Below, in pieces: positions 35,387 to 47,477 of a stretch of 64,000 bases of DNA. This stretch comes from Fistulifera solaris (taxonomy: Eukaryota), in NCBI GenBank assembly GCA_030295235.1, contig AP026134.1, positions 868,001 to 932,000 of the forward strand, in the 5' to 3' direction. Position 1 is the first letter of the stretch. The number at the start of each line of letters is the position of its first letter. Position numbers and translations under genes: made by a program. Under the pieces are notes generated by a model. That model searched no databases. It was not told the DNA's origin and saw only the letters and a list, made by a program, of their open reading frames with translations.

Positions 35387-35799
35387 CAGTCGTGGTGGAT
35401 GTGGAGTACCTCTATGCTCTATGTACACGCTTTTATTCCATCGACGACGAGATCTGGGAGTACATCCAAATTGCAAATGTGAACCGACTCAAACAAAATC
35501 ATGTGTTTTGACACAGTAGACGACCAAACAAAAGCAAGCGCTAACAAAGTGTCACACACATGACTAAAACCAGTATCGTTGCTAATTCTATCACGTAGGC
35601 CATGGGCAAGCACACTTGGGGACTACGCAAAATGTAACACGATATAAGCGGTCCCTGGCATACATCTAGGGATGCCTTGCGATTTTTACTCTCTTATGCA
35701 CTATGAGGTTAAAACGGAATGCATTCCATGATTAAAAACGGTTTGATACGCCTTCTATTCTAGGATGACAAGCTCAAAGGAACAGGTTGCAAAGCACCT

Positions 35800-36790
35800 T
35801 CAACAAGATCCACGACGGCCGCTGGAAGTTCTGAAAGGCTGAAAAAGAATGAGAACAGTCTTGAATAAAAGGACAAACACAAGCTCGCAACATTCGAAAA
35901 CGAATATGCCATACCATGAAATTCTCACAGCAATCTTTTCTCTTCCATCATCTTCTTTCAATTGTCGGGTATATTGCTCACTGGTGGTTGCAGTAGACCA
36001 CTTTGGATCGACTGCATCTGCTTCACCTGACAACCAAACGGCATAAGCTCCCACGTTTGCACTTGCTCCGACATCGTTGACTAAGCAATCACCAACATGG
36101 ATCCAGATGCGAGAATCGTGGTCGTGATGAGGATATAGGTCTTTGTATTTACTTAAGCTCGCCTTATAAATACCCGGCGCTGGTTTTCGTTCGGGAAATA
36201 CGCCATGATCTTCACCGCTGACACAAAAATCAAAAAAGTTCGCTAGTGCAGGCATGTAAAGTGGGTTTCCTCGACCGTTCGTAATTGCGGCAAAACACAC
36301 ATCGGGGTACATTTCCTTCAATATTGATAGGCAGTTGAGGGTCTGGGGGAACAAATGTCGTTCGGCTGCGCGGTGTCGTTCGTGGAGCCATATATCAAAG
36401 CATTCGTCGACGAGTGCGTCGCATTTTTCTTTTGAAAAGGCAGCAGTCATCAAAATGAACTGTGCAATGGTCATTTTTCTCAAAGAAGTATAAGTGATCG
36501 GCCCATCCAGACTCCTTCGAATCTGTCGCGTAGCGTCCAAAAACTCTTCCTCCTGAACATCTACACCATGCCGTCGCAACTTTTCGAGCATCGCTTGATT
36601 TGCGTCCTTGATCACCGCGTTTGTAGAGAATAGCGTATCATCGAGATCAAACGAGAGTATACCCAGCGATAACGCTTTCTCCGATTTGCTGGTCATACGC
36701 AACCTACTGAATAATCGAGGGGCACCAGCGTACTTCCCAATAAACGCCGATACGGGCAGACTCAATAGAAGAAATATCCAAAGTTCAACC
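35800..36790 (-). CDS. HAD-superfamily hydrolase (YigB/HDHD-like)
   Basis: FDLDDTL (motif I), ITNG, KPAPGIY and IHVGDCLVNDVGAS (motif IV), preceded by a presequence-like LLLSLPVSAF. Confidence 0.85.
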
Positions 36791-36978
36791 AAAAACGACT
36801 TCTTGTTTGCTTCCAAACGCCTTTCACGCTCACCGGCGCGACAAGCTTTGTAGGCTTCGAAGAAAGGTTGACAGGCGACATCCTTGTTGTCGTAATTGTC
36901 TTGAATGCAGTTCAATGACGCGGTGTGTTCTTTCTTACAGTCCGTCGCAAATTTACTGGACGGTCCTTTCTCTCCCAT
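36785..36978 (-). CDS. COX23: COX23/CHCHD7-like twin CX9C protein (in frame with the HAD ORF as assembled)
   Basis: SKFATDC-KKEHTASLN-C...C-QPFFEAYKA-C twin CX9C pattern. Confidence 0.7.
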
Positions 36979-37389
36979 TGGATGCTTTGTAAGTCTTGTG
37001 CAGTCGAGATGGGGTAGAAGAGCGTTACTTGTTGAGTAAAATAAGAGATGATAGGCAATTTGAAATCAATAAAAAGGACGGTGAGGCGTCGCTTATTTAT
37101 TTTGTCTTTCATCGTTTTCGCTTCGAAAAAATTACTCCGTACCTGTAACCTTACTAAAAAAATACTCCTATAACAATACCTGGTAAACCACGTCACTTCC
37201 AGGGGGGGGCGGTTGAGAGACAGACGAGTACCACTTGGGATGAACGCGTCAGTCCACTTTTTCGCAAACCATTTTAGACGGCACACGGCGCGCACCTTGT
37301 TGATGTATATCAAAAGCCGATCAGTTGAAGACGATCATCTCCTGCGTGCTTTACTTACATAACCATTCATCTCGCTTGTGATCGATGCA

Positions 37390-38006
37390 ATGAGACAACG
37401 AATCGGTTCTTTTGTGGCCCAGGTTTTACTTTGCGCACTATCCCCAGTGGCATTCTCATTTCAGCACAACTACCCCAAGGGCATTTCCCGAAAGCAAGTA
37501 CTCTCCACAGTGCCGTGGATACTACTGGCTCCCCCCTTCGATTGTATCAGCTTCCATTCCCCCCTTGCAGTCCGTCAAGTAATAGCTGTCTTTCTACCGC
37601 GTCGGTACGCGCACTCGACAAGTTCATTGCCCCTTGGAGTTACCCCTCCAATTTATCTTCCTCCGATGTGATCGATCGGCTGGCCAACAGTCTGACGCAG
37701 TGCGAAATTCTAGAACGCAGTGACACTTCGTTAAAAGCAAAATCAACGAGAAACTTTGGAGCCGTCGATGAGATATCGTTCGAAGTCAACGACGCCGACC
37801 GAGTTATCGCTATCACGTCGCAACAAGTCGATGGGCCCGAATTGAATGGACTGGCAGGTCAAAAGAACCGTTTGCGAGAGATTCAACTCAAAGCAGGATT
37901 TTTAGGTGGTGAAGAAGTGCCGCGTGAAGGGGCGTTGGGTCAATTAAAGGCCTTTTATGGATTGCAATCGGGGAGTGGCTTTGAAGACGTATTTCTAGAA
38001 GAATAA
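37390..38006 (+). CDS. DUF1499-like plastid-targeted protein; frameshift in C-run near 37534
   Basis: Presequence ending PVAF-SF; PPCSPSSNSCLST, APWSY, GAVDEISF and KNRLREI. Confidence 0.65.
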
Positions 38007-38116
38007 CGACGAGGCAAATAGAAGTAGTATCGGTATCATGCTTTCTTGCGAGTAAATTTCGTCGTAACCACGTCTTGTAAGTTCAAAAATGGTCATTTTG
38101 ATTATTAATACAGTGT

Positions 38117-39488
38117 TTATGATACATCCGATTGCTTCGTCGAATTGACTTTCACGTCAAAATCTTGCGGTTCATCCACCACTCCTCCTGACGACAATTC
38201 ACTTGTCGCGTTCATTTTCTTATCTTTCCATTCCTGTGCCCACGCAACATGTCGTTTGTTCCAGATATAAGCGTGCAGCTCTCGATCACGGTCCCATTGA
38301 TGAACCACTGGAGATATTGTACCATCCCATTGGTACACATCCTTTGACAGGGGATCGAGGATCCCCCATTCACTGAGTGTTTGTGTTCGGAGTGCCCCCA
38401 AATTGTTGATTATACCGCGTCCTTGCTCCCAAACCACTAACCGCCGAATTGCATTGGCATTCCGTAACTTACTACTGTAATACAAGTAGTTGTGGAATCC
38501 TTGATCACTTCCCTGTCATGCGTATGTTACATTCGTCGTGTTCATTCACCATAGCTCGTAAGTATGCTTCCACAGCGACCTGTTCGCCCATTGTGCTACC
38601 ACTGCATATTGTGGGCTTCTCTGCAAGCAAGTCGATGGCTCTTTGGCCGTATCCCTTCTGAATCCATTTGAGATTCTTTCTCGAACGTCCCAGGCGTGTT
38701 GCGTCGCTGTTTTCACCAAAGAAATAAAGCAAGCCGTCTTCTTGGTCCTTCCTGCTTCGTGGTAAATCTTCAAAGGGATTCAATTGAAAATAGCTATCCC
38801 TCGCATCAATGAGCATAAGCCACGAGTGTCGATTGTACCGCTGTGACCAGATCCAGTAGTACTCGTAACGAATGGTCGCGACGACGCGACCTTCTCTTGG
38901 GTCACTGGCGGCTCTCAAAACATGACCGTCGCTATCGACCCATCCGTATACATGGGGGAGCTGACACATTTGAAACGAGTCTGTATCTCCGGTTTTGACA
39001 ACATTCCTTCGTGTATTCGTTGGGTCGCCGTCGTTTGATTCACATAATAGTGTTTCTTGATAGATTACAAGGTTGGGCTTCTCTCCCGCGTCCTGGTCGA
39101 TAAATGTTTTCAAATAATCCAGCACATCTTCGCGAATGGTATATTCATCTGCCACCGCAAGAACGACGTCTCCCCGAAACCCGGTCGCCGTGAGTGTTTC
39201 CATAAACATCATGTAATACGATAATCGGTATCCTTCCGCATAAGCGAAAATCGCGTCCTGCTCGGGACGATGGTGCCCAAAGGTCGGTTCGACAATTACA
39301 GTGACATTCTCTCCCAACATGTGTGTGGGTTTGGGGAAAACCGATGGCGCAAGTACGGTAATGTTCTCGCAGGGAGAGAATAAATCGGCCTGTGATTCTA
39401 AATTCACTCGGGGCTTCCAGTCTTCGGCGAATGCTGCTCGGAAACTCCAGCTTAATAATATTGTCGATAGTAGATTTATCATCATCAT
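38117..39488 (-). CDS. Secreted/Golgi glycosyltransferase-like protein (DxRD motif); indel near 38508
   Basis: Signal peptide; RYEYY, LIDARDSYFQLNPF and ICSGSTMG; reconstructed DQGFHNYL; VVHQWDR. Confidence 0.7.
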
Positions 39489-40247
39489 TTTATTCAAATG
39501 TACACGTATTACGAATCAAATGATGCAATAACGGAGAGGTGCCTGTTATTTTTCATTCCGACGGTCATTTCTTTGAAAGTCTTAACCTTAAACGAGTAAA
39601 ACGTGTGTTATGGCTCGGGAGGAGGAGGAGTCGTCGTGGTGAAAGGCCGCCTTCACTTCAGGGTCTCTATACAAAGTAATGAAATACGGAATAGGACAAT
39701 ACCAAAAGAGTTTCGACACTATGATTCGAGGCGTGTATTGATAAGGCTGCTAATGGTTATTGCACAGTGATCACGACGATAGTAGCTCAAGAAGCTTGCA
39801 AAGATACCAGGGATCATTGCTTTAGGTAGTAGGTAGCAGTACCAGGTACAAGTACTGTACATGGTATGGCTCAGCAGATATTTTGATGCATGATTCATGA
39901 CTGAATGCAGTCGTGGTAATGTAGATACAACACTTTTGAGTTAAAGTAAATACGGCCACACCAGTATTTTGACTATGAATCGAGGCCCTCAATAACCGAG
40001 ACCTCATGATTTTATTTAGGAGAACACTTCATCCTTGTACGAATGTGACAAAATAAAATCTAATACAAGGAGAGTGTTCATCATCTGTACCAGTACGCAA
40101 TCTATAACCATGTATAAATAAAACTATCGAAGATCGTCGATTGTCTTCCAACAGTAGATCAAAGAATCCACTTGACAGTGTGCCGAAAAAGTTCCAGACC
40201 AAAAACAAAAATAAGTTGTGACCTCCGATCAAGTCCACGCGATGGGA

Positions 40248-41576
40248 CTACATCGATTTCTTGTTCGGGGTCACCCTTTCGTCGTAGACGGTAGGCATGG
40301 AATCTTGTTCTCCAGGACTGTGTCTGACGCGCAACGGAAGATGTTCACACGAGTCACCTAAGCAAGGTAGATACAGATACGTATCTAGCCCATAACCCTC
40401 GCAACTTTTCAAAGTCAGCTCTCCTCCAAGATATCGAGCATAGATTCGTGCGAGCGGCAAGCCAAATCCACGTATAGACGCACCCGAGACTCCATCGGCA
40501 CCAAATTCCGTTTCAAGTTCGTTATCGTTTCGGGTCGAGTGCGCGAATTTCCAGATCGTTGACATGCGGCTGCGAGGGATTCCACCACCGCGATCAGCGA
40601 TTTTGATCGTGACATCCTCGGCTCCCTTGGCAATGACCACTTTGATGGGCTCGTTCAAGCCGTGACGCAAGGTCGCGCGAATAGAATTTTTTAACAACTC
40701 CGATACAATGTAGTGCAGGTGATGCGGCACGAACGTGAAGGGCTCACTTTCTCTGTTGCAGTCCACGATAATGATCTCGGGGCATTGCTTGTCGAGCTGC
40801 GCCAGCTCCAAATACATCATGGTCTGTTCTCTGACAAGCTCAGCAACGCGTTTGACCTCATAGACGACATCCAGATCACTTTTGATGCATCCAAGATCGG
40901 TCTTTTCGTCCTTAAAGAGTTGCATGCAATTCAAGACGGCCGCTTTTCGTTCTGGATTCCCTTTGCAAGAAAGAACGTGATGCTCGGTGAGCAAACGCAG
41001 ACCGACACGGGCCGTGAAGAAACGGTACAGTGCTTCTTCCATTTCCTGTTCGACTTCGGCGGGCACTTTTTTGTTGTCGAGACTCTTCCGCCACAGAGCA
41101 ACTCCGCGTGCAATGCTCACTGGAATGGTTTTCCGATCCCAAACAAAGCCACCAATCAATTTCGTGAATGCTTCGTCATCCTCGTATGTTGTTGGAGCTG
41201 GGAATTTCTGCAATTCCACCATGTACTCGAGATACATGGATGCTACTCTTCGTATGGGTTCCGCCGTAGATAGGCCGTGCGGTAACGTCAAGAGGTCCAC
41301 GGCGCGTTGGGCGATGCGTATGGGCAATTCCTTGTGTAAGAACTGAGCGTTTCGTAAACGCTGTTTCGGGTCTTCGCCGCGGCCGTATTTGTACATATCC
41401 GCAAGTCGTAGAGGAGTTGGACGTTGTGCGGCCAAGGCATGAATTTGTTCGAGTGAAATATCTTGAAACAATCGATCGGGGTCGTCAAAAGAAGAAGAAT
41501 CAAACGCGGGGACAGCGGCTGCTGCCGACAGATGACGCTGCGCAGCCGAAACTGTCGTATAGTAAGCTCGCGGCAT
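40248..41576 (-). CDS. PDK: Mitochondrial pyruvate/branched-chain ketoacid dehydrogenase kinase
   Basis: FLHKELPIRIA, RVGLRLLTEHH, ELLKNSIRAT, IADRGGGI, GFGLPLARIYARYLGG and EGYGLD; mitochondrial presequence. Confidence 0.93.
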   Translation of the reverse strand: MPRAYYTTVSAAQRHLSAAAAVPAFDSSSFDDPDRLFQDISLEQIHALAAQRPTPLRLADMYKYGRGEDPKQRLRNAQFLHKELPIRIAQRAVDLLTLPHGLSTAEPIRRVASMYLEYMVELQKFPAPTTYEDDEAFTKLIGGFVWDRKTIPVSIARGVALWRKSLDNKKVPAEVEQEMEEALYRFFTARVGLRLLTEHHVLSCKGNPERKAAVLNCMQLFKDEKTDLGCIKSDLDVVYEVKRVAELVREQTMMYLELAQLDKQCPEIIIVDCNRESEPFTFVPHHLHYIVSELLKNSIRATLRHGLNEPIKVVIAKGAEDVTIKIADRGGGIPRSRMSTIWKFAHSTRNDNELETEFGADGVSGASIRGFGLPLARIYARYLGGELTLKSCEGYGLDTYLYLPCLGDSCEHLPLRVRHSPGEQDSMPTVYDERVTPNKKSM

Positions 41577-42197
41577 TGTAGGTAGCTTTTTGCACGACTC
41601 CTCGTCATCTGTATCTTTGTTCTTTCGAGCCCAGCACGGAGAGGAACGCGAATGGATGATATCATGTTTGCGCTATTTTCTAAAAAGGAGATAGTCAAAA
41701 ATGAACGATCATTCAATTTAAACATTCAAGCTGAACGTTTTGCATAGATCGGACGTCCACAAGGGATCAACTACTCTTATATTTGTTTTCACAGAATTTT
41801 GTTGTATGGTGATAGAGTCTTTGAATGCGTTGATCCGTTGTCAACAGAAAAAGTTATACCTGGTAAATGTCGATGGTGTGGTTGTGGTTGGCAATTTCCG
41901 ACGTCGTTTGTCACCTGAAACGACTCTCCAATAGAATGTACGCCGTCTTCGGAGATGACTGTTTGTTACCGTTCCGACGGAAATTGAGACGACGTCAGTG
42001 CAACGCTCAACGTCATTTTGGAAGTGGAGGGAGAGGTGGCTGAACTTTATCCCTACGCAGTTGCGTGTGACGCAAACTCAAACAACTCAATCATGTCAAA
42101 GATCAAAGATTCACTTGTATCTTTTGGCCGAAACAAACAACTTGTTGCTTGATCAATTATCTCGTTCTTTTTAGCTTTCTTGCTGACTTGCACAAAA

Positions 42198-42851
42198 ATG
42201 GGCACTGCGTATGGGACATTCGTTCAATTTGCGACGGTGCTTCTACTTTGGAGACCGACTTCCGCCTTTCAAACACTTGCTTCCAGGACTTTGGGTAGCC
42301 ATCAGACTCAATCTCGTCTCTACAGTACGAATATAAATACATCCTTCATGTGGAATGCGGGTTTAGCGTACGGCAAGGGATCGTTTGCATTCTATCGCAA
42401 TTTTAACGACATGATGAAAGTCTTTCCGGACGAAGATCGTCAAGCTTATCCGGAAATTTTCAATTTCCCGAAAGGCGTCTACGAAGTTCGACTGAGCAAG
42501 CCATTAGGGATTGTGTTTGAAGAGATTGAAACGGGTCGCGGCTTGTACGTTCAAGATTTGGTGGAAGGTGGTAACGCGGAAAGGGAAGGAACGATCCGAC
42601 CCGGCGACGTCCTGGTGGGTATGTCAGCTGTCAAAATTGTGGGTGCAAAATACGAACGCCGCATGATTCCGGCTCGCAACTTCGACTTTGATACCATGGT
42701 TGGAGCTGTCAATTCGAACGACCCCAAGTGGAGTTGTGATGATGTCATGATCATGGTAGAGCGACCAGGAGAAGCGGACAGTATTAAAGTGGACCAATTC
42801 ATGTCGTTCTTTGAGCCTCCCATTGATAATCCTTGGAAGCAGCCTCAATAA
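42198..42851 (+). CDS. Plastid-targeted PDZ-domain protein
   Basis: Presequence ending PTSAF; VRLSKPLGIVFEE, VQDLVEGGNAE and GDVL. Confidence 0.8.
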   Translation: MGTAYGTFVQFATVLLLWRPTSAFQTLASRTLGSHQTQSRLYSTNINTSFMWNAGLAYGKGSFAFYRNFNDMMKVFPDEDRQAYPEIFNFPKGVYEVRLSKPLGIVFEEIETGRGLYVQDLVEGGNAEREGTIRPGDVLVGMSAVKIVGAKYERRMIPARNFDFDTMVGAVNSNDPKWSCDDVMIMVERPGEADSIKVDQFMSFFEPPIDNPWKQPQ

Positions 42852-43768
42852 TAGGGTGTATAACGAGTTCCAAGCGCCGCTAGACGTGCAGATTTCCATT
42901 CCATCAGTCTTCGGCGTTAGCAAAGTAACGATCGATCATACTACAATCAAATACTCCTTCGTTCATGCATTAGTTGTTTCCTGTATATTATATGATCTGG
43001 GGCTATCGGCCGGGATTGTCTTGAGCTAGAGATTTCATTGTGAACAACAAACAAAAGAATGAGGTGGTAGTGATCGTCCTATTACAACCGGTACGATAGG
43101 TTACCTACATCACCAGTTATACTTGCAGTTACATTGATGTTTTGTAGATATATATATAAATATGAAAAGGGTACGATTGTAAACTATTCTGAAAAGTAGA
43201 TTGTCAAATCGGATCCAATCGGGAATCGGGAAATGACTCCCACCAGTGGGAGTTCATCAGGATGGGACTCCCACGGAGGATTATTCCCAATTCCCACGCG
43301 AGTTCATGATACCAACTGGAAACCTTAGTGATGAGGTAGCCCGAAAGGGATAGGGGGATAAGATTCAGTTGCGTAAGGCTCAGGCTAAATACCTGGGTAT
43401 TGCAACAAATGTCTTTCGGCGAACACTTTTCTTTGATCCGTTATAGTAAAGAAAGTCCGCAGGTTATTATTTAGAGGGTAACAAGTACTTTTTCGGGACG
43501 ACGTACGTTTGCCGCCCTTTTGTTACCCTAGACGAAAGAATTCTTGCGAGGCGCGGCTTGATCCAATTATTCGCAAATGCGAGTGCGTGCCTTGCAATTA
43601 TCATTGACGGCTATACCCTACTTGACATTAAAGAATAACATCAGCAACGTATAACCCCTCCTTCGCAGGCTCCTCTGCTTTTTACTGTAAGAATTAGGCT
43701 GCTGTGTAATTTGGCATCATTAATTTTGTCGCATCATTTTTAGCCGAAAGAATTTACCTTTATTCACC

Positions 43769-44458
43769 ATGGCGAATGCAACTAATTCCTTCTCGCCACA
43801 AGACTATCACTGCAGCGAGAGACCGCTGACTCCGACCGATGGTCGTCGTGCACGGGTTACCCTGCGTAGATCATTCGAGATCAACCGGTCGAGCACGCCG
43901 ACACAATTTACCTCGGAGGAGCAGCCAGTCACTCAAGCCGTTCACCAACAACACGATTCTTTGAGAATAGAGACACGCAGCCCGACAACGTCACTTCTAT
44001 ATGGCCTGTTTGCTCCTTTCAACGAAGTCTTTCAAGATTGCATAAATATTCTCGCCGAGTCTCATTTGTCGCTCGACAAAGTGCATCATATCTCGATCGC
44101 AGCAATTATCCTACATCTTTCCCTTTACGAAATCGCACAAGTTTTACCTCATGTACCACCAGGTTTCATATTTCATTGGCTTTTGCCAATTTTTGCGGCA
44201 GTGGCGTGTATGTCCGGGGTCATCATTTTGCTGATAAAATGTTACCCAAGTCAACTAGTGGTTGTGTGTGCCATCACGACTCTGTTCGCTGTCGAATGCT
44301 TGTTGCCTTTAGCTATCGCGGGGTGCACTATCATGTGTATTGGAAACGTGGTGTCCCTATCTGACTTGATTCTTCTCAGCGGCTGTTTGTTGGGATTCTG
44401 CTCCTTTACGTCTTGGGGCATTCGACAAGTTTTGTATCCTAGTTTGGGTCTGGGGTAA
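43769..44458 (+). CDS. Hypothetical multi-pass membrane protein
   Basis: 229-aa ATG ORF with ~4-5 hydrophobic segments in the C-terminal half. Confidence 0.5.
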   Translation: MANATNSFSPQDYHCSERPLTPTDGRRARVTLRRSFEINRSSTPTQFTSEEQPVTQAVHQQHDSLRIETRSPTTSLLYGLFAPFNEVFQDCINILAESHLSLDKVHHISIAAIILHLSLYEIAQVLPHVPPGFIFHWLLPIFAAVACMSGVIILLIKCYPSQLVVVCAITTLFAVECLLPLAIAGCTIMCIGNVVSLSDLILLSGCLLGFCSFTSWGIRQVLYPSLGLG

Positions 44459-45224
44459 TTTCATAAAGAACAGTTTGATTTTGTGCACTTCCAGTCGGCA
44501 CTGCTCCCGATGTGCTCTTTGCTCCAGCTCATGATATGCGATTGATGTAATGATTTCATGGTGGCGGTCCCACCAACGCTATGTGTACCAACGTTTTTGT
44601 CTAGTTTGAAATCTCACTTCAATGACGGATTACCTACCCGACACTGTACAAGTTCGACTTTCTTGTTAAAAGCTTATGATGTGTACTGCCAACCTAGTGA
44701 TATTCCTCGTAAAAAAGTCTACATAAGCCGTAGTGGTATTATTTTAGGCGAAACGACTGCTTCACAGCCAGCTCGTAGACGAACTATAAAGTCGTGCGCA
44801 CCGTTTCTTGCCGTAAATCTCCTTGCTTTGAAACGGAAATGCTGCAAGAGATGACACAGAGTGTCACAAACTAAAATATTTATTCCTAGAGATGACTGCA
44901 TCTGGGAAGGACGTTAAAACTCTGCCTACCAGTAGAAGATTTTACGTAGCGTCCACGACGAGGCAGAATTTTAACGCCGTTCCCAGAGTGGTGTGGATTA
45001 TCCAAATTTGCAAGACGGATGGAAGGACTCATGACTGAAATAGAGTCGTGGCGAAAAACGGACAACACATTGGAGCTATAGTAACTGTCCGCAATTCAAA
45101 AGAGGGCATTTTGCAGCGGCGCATCGATACCGCGCTCTTTCTTGTTCCATGTCTCGTCGCTCTACCTGCTATTTTGTCACCTTAGTATGTCACTCATAAT
45201 ATTGCCATAACTATCCTTTACATC

Positions 45225-45917
45225 ATGATTCGGTTAGCTTTACCGCAAAGCCGTTTGCTCTTCGTATTGACGCTTGCGTGTATGGCCGTTCTTTGTATGT
45301 TGGATGCTGTAATTGCAGATGTAAGTTCAATGATCTATCGGTAATGATCAGTGCTATTGTTCGTTTGCTACATGTTACATAGTCACCGCTGTTACTCACT
45401 GTCTTCCTACTTCGACAGCAGGGGTCTTCTTCTGCTACTGGGGCTACCAAAAAGTATTTCGTAAAAGTTTTGTACTGCACCAGCTGAGGCATGCAGAGGA
45501 ACTTCAGGGAAGTCGCGAAGTTCCTCGAAGAAAAATTTCCAGACTTACGTGGGAAGATTTACGGCCAGCACTACCCCACCCCTCCCCCTCGTAGAGCTTT
45601 TGCAACGCATTCTAAGCTATATTCAACTAATTGGAGTGGCGTGGATGATTCTAGGAGGACAAGTTTTATTTCGCATGCTGGGATATCAGCAGGAGATGCC
45701 GCAATTTTACTGGGCAATTCAAAACAACGGAATGCATATTGGCACCGTTGTCTTTTTCATTTTGCCTCAGATTTTAAATTCATTTGCTGTAAATGGAGCA
45801 TTCGAGATTTATTTGAATGATGAAGAGATATTCAGCAAATTGAAGCAGGGTGGCTTTCCTAGACAAGCTGATCTGCTCGATCCACTTCAAGCGGCTGGGC
45901 TGAAAATGGCTTATTAA
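45225..45917 (+). CDS. SELT: Selenoprotein T-like (Rdx family) with in-frame UGA-Sec at 45485; intron 45321-45418; indel in C-run ~45580
   Basis: Signal peptide exon; spliced KVLYCTS-TGA-GMQRNF (CxxU); FLEEKFPDL, hydrophobic hairpin and GAFEIYLNDEEIFSKL...FP. Confidence 0.92.
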
Positions 45918-45945
45918 AGAGCAAAATACATAAAGCAGCATGCAA

Positions 45946-46023
45946 TCTCTGTTTTGTGTGAGAATGACGACCGCAAAACATCGTAGAATCAACGATACGC
46001 GGTCTGAGGTCACGAGCCAGAGA
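45946..46023 (+). promoter_or_regulatory. Eukaryotic SECIS element in SelT 3' UTR
   Basis: Helix I TCTCTG/CAGAGA plus GTG/CAC; core ATGA (45964)...TGAG (46005); helix II GACCGC/GCGGTC; unpaired AAAA; apical mini-stem ATCGT/ACGAT. Confidence 0.85.
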
Positions 46024-47477
46024 ACCTGCAACCGTTTGTTTTTAGCTTTCATTGTAATTGTTGTTTCTCAATGTTTGTCTGGAGAACATTATACTGGATT
46101 TTTCAAAAAAAGATATACCACTGCATGTTGGATATACTCCAATTATCTCTGTTATGGTTAATGTTTACAACGTCACCTCTGCATCCGCTTCGGACATTAA
46201 AGCCGTGAATAGAGCTGGAATCATGGCACATACCATGCGATTGTAATTGTAGTAGCTCCATTCAAGAAAATCCACCGCACAATCCCTTTTGGCGCTATGT
46301 GCGCGAGCGCCACTTCCTCCATGCCAAAAAGCAACCCAGAATGCTGTGAATAAATTCAGCACGAAGAATAATAGTTCGAAGAACAAAACCGGAATTATCA
46401 GAGGGGTGACGAAGATAAGCCTACATGCATTCTCTCCGCAAATGTTGTGAAAAATATGAAAGATACTCGTCGCCATGTATTGCGACGATTCAACAGCAGA
46501 GCGAAAACCCGCCACTTCTACCGCTTCATCGTAATCTCCAGAAATGTGCTCAACTTCTCATTGACAGACAGTGCGGCATCTTGAACGCTTATTCTTTCGG
46601 ATTCCAACGCAACTCGTAGTTCCTGCATTTCGACAATCATGAAATGTTATTTCCAGGGCAGCTTTTCGCTGCTCCAGTCGTGCAAACCATCAAAGCTGAC
46701 ATCGTCGGTCAATCTTACGGCCTCCTTGACTATCTCCAAACTGGTATCCTAATTAATGACAAAGCTAAACATTGCGTCCCACCGTTCGATCGGCAGTCGG
46801 GAGTTTGTTTTCGACATGAAGCCTTTCTATTTTCACAAGATTTCGACTCTAATACGAACAACTCACGATGATTAGACGCTATCACGGAGATCACCAAGGA
46901 TGTAAAGTAAAAATGGCTTTCATAGTGATGTCGAACTGAGAGCAAGTGGAGAAACTTTTGAGACAAGGTCGTGAAGGTGATTAAGACTTTTCGCGTCGGA
47001 GCCCTCTCGCTGAGCACCAAAAACAAAAATAATTCTTAACTTTTACGGCTAGAATACTGCTCTATCCTAAAGCCTGGGTTGTAATGCGCGGTAATGGCTT
47101 TTTTGTAAGGATGCAATGATTGCTCCGTTTGAGAAAGGGAGAAAAGAGAGATAAAGTGACGACAGAAACAAAAGTGAAGAAAAAAATACGCCGGGGTAAT
47201 TCAAGAGTAGTCGTGACGTCGTTGCACAACAATCGCTCCCGTTCCTTTATGTAACGAACTCCTCCGTGTCGCTCCAGTTTTTCTACATAAGAATTTAAGC
47301 GACAACATCGTCCTGAACGGAAAATTACTTTATGACTGAAATTCAGTCATAGTAAAATTAAAGTTGAAACAATAAACAATAATCTACTTCGTAATTTTTA
47401 TCATTGCCACGGTAAAATGTAAAAGAATGTATACTGTTGTAGTTCTAAAGCTTTGATGCGATAATTCACAGAAAAGA

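Noticed and set aside
35072..35511. ORFs 35072-35482, 35109-35303 and 35269-35511 as genes
   Set aside because: They are translations of the 34-bp repeat in rotating frames.
40248..41576. PDK as part of the two-component system
   Set aside because: It has a GHKL fold but is a mitochondrial Ser kinase, 23 kb away, with no link.
43325..43352. Hammerhead ribozyme (TGATGA...GAAA)
   Set aside because: The core begins GTGATGA rather than CTGATGA, and stems I and III cannot be formed.
46165..47026. Minus-strand ORFs downstream of SelT as a defined gene
   Set aside because: Fragmentary, with stops in all frames and no recognisable motif; I cannot support a gene model.
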